DNA of 64,000 nucleotides from an uncultured Verrucomicrobiae bacterium (GTDB lineage Bacteria > Verrucomicrobiota > Verrucomicrobiia > Limisphaerales > JAFGQR01). Below, piece by piece: positions 56,310-64,000 of this stretch (position 1 is its first letter; every line of letters begins with the position of its first letter). Location: contig CAWBHS010000039.1 of the NCBI GenBank assembly GCA_963788655.1, forward strand, positions 1 to 64,000. The letters run 5' to 3'. A program made the translations under genes and the position numbers. Below the pieces are notes generated by a model. The model had not been told where the DNA came from. It saw only the letters and a list, made by a program, of their open reading frames with translations, and did not search any database.

Positions 56310-58685
56310 TTACGGGCCAGCGTCAAACTGCACCCAACGCAATTTCCCAAACGAAAACTTCACGGGCGCGGTGTCGGAATTGCAACCAACTTTGACCACG
56401 CGAATTTGCTCGGGATCCAAGTGGTGATTGGGATCGGGTTTGGACCAATCGCTGCCATGCGTCGCGCCTTCGAAAAACGCCAGCGCCTCGGTCGTTTCAC
56501 CCACGGAGGGCGGCGTCATGAAATCGGCGACGTAGGCGCTGCCGTTGGCTTCTTCGAAGATCACCCGGAATTGTCCGCGCCCTTCAGTCAACCGGAAGTT
56601 CAATCGTATTGCTTCGGCATTCGGCGGCGGGACTTCGTCGGGATTGAGTTTCATGGTGGGATAAATCCAACGGTCCTGGCCCCCACATTGAGCGTCCACG
56701 GTCAGGAGGCCATCCGCCGAAGTCACCTGCGCCGTGCCGTTGCCGGAAACAGCGGGTTGCCAGCGGGCAGCCACCATGGCCTGCGGCAACGGAATAACCG
56801 CGCCGCCACCCGGATTCATTAATCGCAGCGATAGCACCGGATGCCCGGCGGGGCCGAAATCGCCGGTAATTCGAACCGTTTGCACCAATTTGCCCGCCGC
56901 GTTCGAAGCATCCACCTGCAAGGCCACTTCCTTGCGTTCGTCCGGTGCCAGTTGCACGGTGTTCGGCAGCGTCACTTGCCAGCCTTGGGGCGAAGTGACG
57001 TTCAAATGTCCATCGACTTGGGTCGGTCCAAAATTGTAAATCCAGACGGGAATGGTTTCCGGCGCAGGTCCGGCCAGTTGATACGCCGATTTGTTCAATA
57101 CTACCCGTTCTTCCGGCCACAGGGATTGCAGGACTATGGACGACGGTTTGCCGGACAACTTCTGCGGCGGAGCCGGCCGGGTAAGCTGGCCCAACTGCTT
57201 CGCGGTACCTTCCGGCAACAACGCGAAGACCGGCGCACTGCTCAAGGACAGGCGGTCGCGCTTGGCGATTTCGCGGCCCAAGTGATTGAACACTGCCTCC
57301 GGCGTAACCGGGAGTGCCAATTCGGAACGCTGCTGATCGTCCCAAGCAACCAACAGTTCACGGGGGCGACCATCCGCTTGGACGTGGAAGAGATACACTT
57401 GCCCGCTGGCAGCCTCCTGGAGACGCCCGAGCGGTTTGGCGTCCGCCATCAACCGTCCGACGGCGGCCAACGCCACGAAACCAGGACGTGGCGTGAGATC
57501 GGGACGCAGCAAACCAAATTGCGTTTGCCCTTCCGAGTAATGCGGCAGTAGAAAGTAGAAGGTCGCTTGCGAGCCTTCGTGGATGGACAAGGCGAACGTC
57601 TTGGCCACGCGCTCGGCCTGCACGTGCAGGTCCGCATCGGAAGGTTCCTTGAGCTGATCGTCGCCGGACCACTTCACCGGGCGAGCGCACTCGGTGACCC
57701 ACAACGGTTTGCCGGCCGACACGGCGCGAAAGGCCGCGTAGAGGTCCGGATATTGTTCGAACGGCGCATAGTGGTGGAGGTCGAACGTATCGAAATAGGG
57801 CCAAGCCGCGTTGTCGCGCAAATCCTCCAACTGCGCCTGCCGATGAGCGGCAAAGACGTTCAAGCACGCGATGACATTCGGATTGCCGGCTTTCAAGCCC
57901 AGGTAGGCGGCTTTTTGCAGGGCCGCCATTTCACTGCCCGGGTGCCCGCCGAACACGGTGATATCCGCTTCGTTCCACGGTTCGAAGGCCAATACCTGAC
58001 CCTGCCAGCGTTTCGCCATGGCGCGGTAGAACCGATAGGCATCGCGCAAATCGAGCGGGAAACGTTTGTGATTGGGATTCGCCCAAGCAGGCGAGGAATG
58101 GTTCACCTGCAACACCTGCAATCCGGCCGCCGACTGCGCCCGCGCCGAGGCGTCATAGCGATTGGGCCCGGCGAATTGTCCCCGCCGCGGTTCCATCTGC
58201 CCCCAGGCCAGCCGGTCACGGACCCAGTTCACTCCCGCCAGGGCACACAGGTTGGCCGCGGCGTCCATTTTATCCGGCGGGTAAAACCACGCCATGGCCA
58301 CATCCAAAGCCACCGGTGACGTAAGCGGCGTGGGCACTCGCAACGGCGCCAGCACGCCGATGGAAATCCAATTGGCCGCAGGATGGTCGTTCTGCTTCAG
58401 GCGATAAAACCCCACCGGCAGCACGCCAAGATTCACCTGGCCATCGGCTGGCGGTGTCAACGCTTGCAGAACCTTGTCGTCGTAATCGTAAAGCTGCCAG
58501 GACGACGCGGTGCCCGGAGGCTGGGCAATCACCACGGATTCGCCCGCGGCAAAGATGTTTCCCGGATGTCCCGGCAAGGGATGCGGAATGGCGCGTGGTG
58601 TTGTGACCAGCTCACCCGCCCCGGCGACATAACCAGCGAGCGCAAAGCACAACAGTGCAGCCCAAGGGGCAAACGGAGTTTTCAT
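56310..58685 (-). CDS. Secreted glycoside hydrolase (clan GH-A-like)
   Basis: Signal peptide; GVNWVRD, FEPWNEAD, DLHHY, LWVTE, FGLLRPDLTPRP. Confidence 0.7.
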   Translation of the reverse strand: MKTPFAPWAALLCFALAGYVAGAGELVTTPRAIPHPLPGHPGNIFAAGESVVIAQPPGTASSWQLYDYDDKVLQALTPPADGQVNLGVLPVGFYRLKQNDHPAANWISIGVLAPLRVPTPLTSPVALDVAMAWFYPPDKMDAAANLCALAGVNWVRDRLAWGQMEPRRGQFAGPNRYDASARAQSAAGLQVLQVNHSSPAWANPNHKRFPLDLRDAYRFYRAMAKRWQGQVLAFEPWNEADITVFGGHPGSEMAALQKAAYLGLKAGNPNVIACLNVFAAHRQAQLEDLRDNAAWPYFDTFDLHHYAPFEQYPDLYAAFRAVSAGKPLWVTECARPVKWSGDDQLKEPSDADLHVQAERVAKTFALSIHEGSQATFYFLLPHYSEGQTQFGLLRPDLTPRPGFVALAAVGRLMADAKPLGRLQEAASGQVYLFHVQADGRPRELLVAWDDQQRSELALPVTPEAVFNHLGREIAKRDRLSLSSAPVFALLPEGTAKQLGQLTRPAPPQKLSGKPSSIVLQSLWPEERVVLNKSAYQLAGPAPETIPVWIYNFGPTQVDGHLNVTSPQGWQVTLPNTVQLAPDERKEVALQVDASNAAGKLVQTVRITGDFGPAGHPVLSLRLMNPGGGAVIPLPQAMVAARWQPAVSGNGTAQVTSADGLLTVDAQCGGQDRWIYPTMKLNPDEVPPPNAEAIRLNFRLTEGRGQFRVIFEEANGSAYVADFMTPPSVGETTEALAFFEGATHGSDWSKPDPNHHLDPEQIRVVKVGCNSDTAPVKFSFGKLRWVQFDAGP

Positions 58686-59209
58686 GATTCCAACTCGGCA
58701 AAAGAAATATCGACCATCAAATCGCCCGCAATCTTTTCCAATTCCTGACGGAGATCACCAGCGTTGCAATGGGGCGGGATCTGCAGGCGCGCCCGGGCTT
58801 TGAACAGCGTTTCTCCGGACATGGGAGCGCTGCTGCACTCGCTGCTGAATTCCTCGACGTTCACACCCTGACGAGCAAGCGCGGCGGAGATCTGGCGCAC
58901 AATCCCCGGCCGATCCTGGCCAATGATCTCAATCGAGCCAAGGCGCGGTGGAACTGGCGGAGACGCTTCCACATCCGGTTGGGTCACCACCCGCAAGCCC
59001 TGGGAATTGAGCGTTTGTAAGGCTTGCTCCAAGGCTTCCTTCCGGTCGTTCGGAACCGTGACGCGGAGGATGCCGGCAAACTCGCCGCCCAGCCGGCACA
59101 TGCGGCTGTCCAGCCAGTTGCCGCCATGGTCGGCCACAAGGCGCGCCACCGATTCCACAAGCCCCGGACGATCTTTGCCAATCACGGTCATTACGAGTGG
59201 GATGTGCAT
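58682..59209 (-). CDS. Double ACT domain protein (GcvR-like)
   Basis: GKDRPGLV..GGNWLDSRM and GQDRPGIV..SAPMSGETLF. Confidence 0.9.
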   Translation of the reverse strand: MHIPLVMTVIGKDRPGLVESVARLVADHGGNWLDSRMCRLGGEFAGILRVTVPNDRKEALEQALQTLNSQGLRVVTQPDVEASPPVPPRLGSIEIIGQDRPGIVRQISAALARQGVNVEEFSSECSSAPMSGETLFKARARLQIPPHCNAGDLRQELEKIAGDLMVDISFAELES

Positions 59210-59294
59210 GGCCCCTGTTAGCCTCAATCCCAACGCGAAGCAAGCTCCAAGCACCGAGGGGTTCGCTCCAAGATGGGGCGAAGCGAAGGCCCCT

Positions 59295-59338
59295 GGTAAG
59301 ACGAGACTCCGTCGAGCTCGACGGAGTCTCGCCCTGCC
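59295..59338. repeat. Spacerless hairpin of REP family A
   Basis: CGAGACTCCGTCGAGCTCGACGGAGTCTCG. Confidence 0.8.
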
Positions 59339-59424
59339 CGGACGGGTGGCGCGGTGACCAAATCACGGGATGTACGTCTCGGTTTGCGAGACGAGATTAC
59401 CTGCGACGTTTCCGAGATAGGCGC

Positions 59425-59704
59425 TTACTCCCCAGACCGTGGGATAGAATACAGTTTGCCGAGAGCCGTTTTGCCCTGGGGCTAGGCGCGTGCGAGGGAG
59501 TGTATCCGCAGCGATACTCGACCGAGCGTGCAACGATGCCCCAGGGCAAAACAGCCTCGGCCCGGAGGGTTGCGGCGCTTTTGGCTTGGGGCCTTGTTGC
59601 TCGTCGGGTCATAGAGCGCTGCGGCTATACTCCCCTTCTCGCGCCTAGCCCCAAGCCAAAATCGCCGCAACAAACTATGTTCTATCCCACGGTCTGGGGA
59701 GTAA
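59425..59704. mobile_element. MITE-like element with ~34-bp terminal inverted repeats
   Basis: TTACTCCCCAGACCGTGGGATAGAATACAGTTTG ... CAAACTATGTTCTATCCCACGGTCTGGGGAGTAA; nested internal palindromes. Confidence 0.75.
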
Positions 59705-59947
59705 ATCCAAATGCGCATACGTGACAGGCATGCGACCTGCTTAACATCACTTGGCTGTTCGGTTTTGGGATAGGCGTAGAGGGCATCGTCCGCGATGGGG
59801 TTCGAACAGTCTTTGTCGATAGCGCCCCATTGCACCTCCTTCCGTCGCGGGTGACGGCGGCTATGTCCTCATCACCCTCTTCTTCTTCTGTTTCCGGTTG
59901 CAGCCTCCCCAGAGGCTGCAATCGCTATTCGCCCTGGGGCGAGACCG

Positions 59948-60229
59948 TCACTTTTTGCCGCGTCGAACTTGCTCCTTCTGTGCTTCCAGCTTTGACTGGA
60001 GCGTCTTGCGTTCCTGGGACAATTGTTGTTCCAGCCGGGCGTATTCTTCCGCATTCCCCGCCTCGGCGGCTTTGGTCATTTGGTCTTTCAGGCTGATTTC
60101 CAGTTCGGCGATTTTAGCCGCATACTTGGAGTCCAATTCGGCCAGTTCCTCCTTCTGTTCGGGGGTGAGTTTGGTGAGCGGATTGGTTTTGTTCAACCGC
60201 TCCATCGCGAGTTCGTAGGCGCTTTTCAT
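59948..60229 (-). CDS. Small coiled-coil hypothetical protein
   Basis: MKSAYELAMERL..ELDSKYAAKIAE. Confidence 0.8.
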   Translation of the reverse strand: MKSAYELAMERLNKTNPLTKLTPEQKEELAELDSKYAAKIAELEISLKDQMTKAAEAGNAEEYARLEQQLSQERKTLQSKLEAQKEQVRRGKK

Positions 60230-60280
60230 GGCAAGTTCTTCTCGGCAAAAAAGGAATTCACGGTTCAAAAGGGAAGCATA

Positions 60281-60757
60281 TCATTCGTTTCCCGACGACG
60301 ATTTGCCGCCGCTTCCAATCGGGCGTTTATTTTTCCAGGGCATATCGGGGAACTTCGTCGGGAGCTTGACCGCCGCCGGTTTGGGCGCGGACATCGGCAG
60401 GTTGCGGGTAGGGGGATCGTCGCTCGGAGATTGCGTCATGCCTTGCTTCCAGGACGCCATCCGCGCCTTCAGTCCGTGGCGTTCGGCAGCTTCCTTGTCG
60501 CCCGCCTTCATGTAGAACAGCGAGAGGTTGGTGTGAACCAATTGCTCATCCGGGCGCAAGGTTTCGGCTCGATGGCCTTCGGCAATGGCAGTGGCCAAGT
60601 CACCTCGGCGGCAATGGGCCATCCCCAATGCCAGGCGCGCTTCAAAATAGTCCGGCGTGGCCGCCAGCAACTGGTTCAGCCGCTCGATGCATATTTCGTA
60701 ATCGCCCTGACTAAAGGCGCCCATTGCTTGGTCGAATTGTTCCTGGTCAGTCGGCAT
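60281..60757 (-). CDS. TPR protein
   Basis: PDYFEARLALG, PDEQLVHTNLS. Confidence 0.8.
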   Translation of the reverse strand: MPTDQEQFDQAMGAFSQGDYEICIERLNQLLAATPDYFEARLALGMAHCRRGDLATAIAEGHRAETLRPDEQLVHTNLSLFYMKAGDKEAAERHGLKARMASWKQGMTQSPSDDPPTRNLPMSAPKPAAVKLPTKFPDMPWKNKRPIGSGGKSSSGNE

Positions 60758-60955
60758 AATGCTTTTGACAATCCCCGATATGACATGATTGTTTGACCCG
60801 CGCAAGTCCGGCGTGGATTCCGTGGAGGCCTGTTAGTACGCGCTTCAGCACCAAAACGCGTTGTGCTGGGGTCGCTTTCAGCACGGTCTGGACGCGATGC
60901 CGCCTGAAGGCGGGACTCCAAACCCGGCTGCCCGGAATTTTGTCAGCGCACCAAC

Positions 60956-61738
60956 ATGACTTTGCCCATTAAACTGATTTCAACTGATTTCGATGGCACG
61001 TTGCACGCGGAATTCGAAAACCCGCCCGTGCCGCACGATCTCCAGCAATTGCTGGACGAATTGCAACACGAGGGCGCGGTGTGGGTGATCAACACCGGCC
61101 GCGACGTCTCTAGCGTGCTCGAAGGCGTCGCGCGTGCCCGACTGAGCATCCGGCCCGATTATCTGGTGACCGTGGAACGCGAAATCTACGTCCGCGAGGG
61201 GGCTTCATTCGTGCCGGTGCAGCCTTGGAACCGGACGTGCGGCGAGGCGCATCGTGACTTGTTTGCGCGGATTGATCCCGACGTGCCCGAGCTGTTTGCC
61301 TGGGTGAGCGGCAAGTTCACCGCCACCGTTTATCGCGATCCGTGGTCCCCGTTTTGCGTCGTGGCCGAGAGCAATTCGGATATGGATGCCATTCAGGAAT
61401 ATCTTCGGCAGTATTGCGCACGGATCGCCGGGCTGAACGTCATGCGCAATGACGTGTATGCCCGTTTCTGCCATGCCTCTTTCAACAAAGGCACAGCCCT
61501 GACGGAAATCGCGCGACTGGCGGGGATCCTGCCGGCGCACACGTTGGCGGCGGGGGACCATTTGAATGATCTCTCGATGCTGGTCACCGCGGTGGCCGGT
61601 TGCCTGGTGGCGCCGGACAATGCCGTGCCGGAAGTCAAGGAAGCCGTGCGGCGCCAACAGGGATACGTGAGCCACCAACCCTGGGGTCACGGCGTCGCCC
61701 GCGGCCTGGAACATTATCTGGGGCGCGGCGGAATTTAG
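60956..61738 (+). CDS. HAD-IIB hydrolase
   Basis: STDFDGTL, NTGR, NKGTAL, GDHLNDLSML. Confidence 0.9.
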   Translation: MTLPIKLISTDFDGTLHAEFENPPVPHDLQQLLDELQHEGAVWVINTGRDVSSVLEGVARARLSIRPDYLVTVEREIYVREGASFVPVQPWNRTCGEAHRDLFARIDPDVPELFAWVSGKFTATVYRDPWSPFCVVAESNSDMDAIQEYLRQYCARIAGLNVMRNDVYARFCHASFNKGTALTEIARLAGILPAHTLAAGDHLNDLSMLVTAVAGCLVAPDNAVPEVKEAVRRQQGYVSHQPWGHGVARGLEHYLGRGGI

Positions 61739-61779
61739 CCCGGTAATTTCCGAGTTCTGATCAAATGACTGACAGGCGA

Positions 61780-61848
61780 TTGCCGCTGACATGAGGAGGC
61801 GGAACATGGTTACCTGCGTCGAGTCCGCCTCGTTACGTCGGCAGCTAC
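61780..61848. repeat. REP-like inverted pair
   Basis: GCCGCTGACATGAGGAGGCGGA ... TCCGCCTCGTTACGTCGGCAGC. Confidence 0.6.
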
Positions 61849-62007
61849 GGCGGGTGAGAAAACTTCAGTTTAAGCCACTCTTTAATCGGGATTTGACACT
61901 GGCGCTGGCAATGATAGGCTGGAAATGCAGTTTGGGTTAAGCAGAATTGTATTTATGCTTATCAAACGAACGATTGATTTTGACCGTGATTTTTGCAGCA
62001 TGACTCC

Positions 62008-63859
62008 ATGAGCGACGCCGCCGACACCACCGACAGGTCCTGAGCCCAGTATCGAAACTCCGCCCGCCCTTCCTTCAAGCATCACCCAAGTCAATGAAGC
62101 GGTAATCCGTATCGCCGGCAACTCGCAGGACGGCATTCAGGCCATCGGCGGATTCCTCGCTCGCCTGGCAGGCCGCAGCGAGCAGGAGGTCATGACGTTC
62201 ATGACGATTCCCTCGACGATTTCCGGCGGGCCTTCGATCTTCCAAGTGCGCATCGGCTCCGGGGAAGTCCTCAGCGCCGGCGACGAAGCCGACGTCCTGC
62301 TGGCGTTCTATCAGCACTCCTACGAAAACCACCTCAGTTCCCTGAAAGACGGCGGCATTGTGCTCTACGACTCCGACCACGTGGAACCAAACTCGGACCG
62401 GGAAAAAGAATATCGCCACGTGGGGGTGCCCATTTCCAGCCTGACCGTCGAAGCCATCGGCGGCACGGCCCGCGACAAGGGAAAGAACATTTATGCGCTC
62501 GGACTGGTCGCCCGCATGTTTGATCTGGACGTGCCCAAGCTCGAGAAACTGCTCTCCGAAAGGTTCGGCGGCAAGGATCCCAGCGTGCTGAACAACGCGC
62601 TGACAGCCTTCCATGCCGGTTACAGCTATTCGCTGGGGCATTTGTTTGAAACGTTTCAGTTTGCCGAAAGTCAAAAGCGCGCCGGCCAACCAGGTGGTGA
62701 TGAACGGCAACGAAGCGCTTGGCCTACGGCTTGATTGCTGCCGGAGTCCGCTTCGGTGCCGGTTATCCGATCACGCCTTGGTCGGACATCATGGAATTGC
62801 TCCGCCGCGAGCTTCCCGAAATACGGCGGCAGCTTTATCCAGTGCGAGGATGAGATTGCCTCGATCGCCATGGCTTTGGGCGCCAGTTATGCCGGCCGGG
62901 TGGCCGTAACCGGTTCCAGCGGGCCGGGGCTGTCCTTGAAAACCGAGGCGCTCGGCTGGGCCGTCATGGCGGAAATGCCGCTGGTGGTCGTGGACGTTCA
63001 GCGCGGCGGGCCTTCAACGGGCATGCCGACCAACGTCGAGCAGTCCGACTTGAACATCGCCTGTTTTGGCGGCCATGGCGACAGCCCGCGGGTGGTGATC
63101 GCGCCGGCCAACGTGGAAGATTGTTTCTACATTGCGATTGAAGCCGTCAAAATTGCGCGCCAATACAGCGTGCCGGTCTTCATGTTGACCGACCAGGCGA
63201 TTGCTACGCGCATCGAGGCGTTCGAAGAACCGGACCTGGAAAAGCTCTGCCAGGATATCACGCCGGATTTCACGCCGCTGCCCGAGCATAAGCCTTACGA
63301 TCTCGCCGCCCCCGACGGCGTGACCCGGCATCGCGCTCCCGGCACCCGCATGCTCAGCGGCCAATATCCCGTGGTGACGGGGCTTGAGCACGATGAATTT
63401 GGGCATCCCACCGGCTCGCCCCGAATGCACGCGCAGATGAGCGCCAAACGCCGCAAGAAACTGCGAGCGCTCGCGGCAGCACTGCCGGTTCCCGAGGTGT
63501 ATGGTCCGGCCGAAGGCAAGTTGCTGCTGGTCGGCTGGGGCTCGACTCAGGGACCGATCCGCGAAGCCGTGGACCGGGCTCGCGCCGCCGGCGACAGCGT
63601 GTCCGCGCTGCACCTCAAACACCTCCATCCCCTGCCGGACGGACTGGACCAGATCTTTGCCGGGTTCGATCAAATCTTCGTCGTCGAGATGAACGACGAG
63701 GGCGTGTACGGCTATGGCCAACTGGCTGGCATTTTGCGCGCCCGTTATTGCCACCCGAAAATCCAGGGAATCAACAAAACCGACGGGTTGACGTTCAAGG
63801 TGCGCGAGATCATTCAGCGCGCCCAGGAAACCGTCGAATCCGGCATGCAAACCTTTTAA
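62008..63859 (+). CDS. korA: 2-oxoacid:acceptor oxidoreductase alpha subunit, frameshifted
   Basis: IRIAGNSQDG, MNGNEA, GYPITP, QCEDEIAS, SSGPGLSLK, QRGGPSTGMPT, GWGST, VEMN. Confidence 0.88.
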
Positions 63860-63905
63860 CCCTTTGAAGTTCCAGCCGTTCACCCTTTGCATTTAATTAT
63901 TTAGT

Positions 63906-64000
63906 ATGAGCGCCACTGTCGAAGAACCTCCGGTCCAAAGCCCCCAGCAAGTCTCCCCCTCCAGTCCGCCCCCGGAAACCCGCAAGCCGATCAGCAAAAA
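63906..64000 (+). CDS. Start of probable oxidoreductase beta subunit (partial)
   Basis: Open ATG frame directly after the alpha subunit; positional inference only. Confidence 0.45.
   Translation, partial: MSATVEEPPVQSPQQVSPSSPPPETRKPISK

Overview
GC-rich bacterial chromosomal window, probably Verrucomicrobiota (inferred from gene styles and REP/attC types). It has many single-base frameshifts even in essential genes (thrS, leuS, murJ), most likely uncorrected long-read errors. Left to right: an integron-integrase remnant; DUF885, ferredoxin, DUF4091 glycan-active and Tat-exported aldo/keto reductase genes; a giant delta-60/Ig surface protein; and a candidate sigma-54 stress regulon (DUF748, lipoprotein-type truncated hemoglobin, SDR, entericidin, CsbD, NtrC-like regulator, OMP) with a recurrent TGCA-N3-TGCA motif. 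Next is a ~16 kb island in tRNA-Arg(TCG) carrying a tyrosine integrase, a primase/helicase relic, a type I R-M system and a decayed integron (6 attC sites plus an intI stub). Then come thrS (candidate Thr leader-peptide attenuator, internal insertion, duplicated 3' end around an FGE/CLec gene) and an uncharacterised 5-gene operon of apparently paralogous helix + beta-hairpin (DUF2589/Trypco-like) proteins, the best candidate for a new system. The rest is leuS, CBS, murJ, MBL hydrolase, glycoside hydrolase, ACT, TPR, HAD and 2-oxoacid oxidoreductase genes, interspersed with many REP/MITE palindromes.
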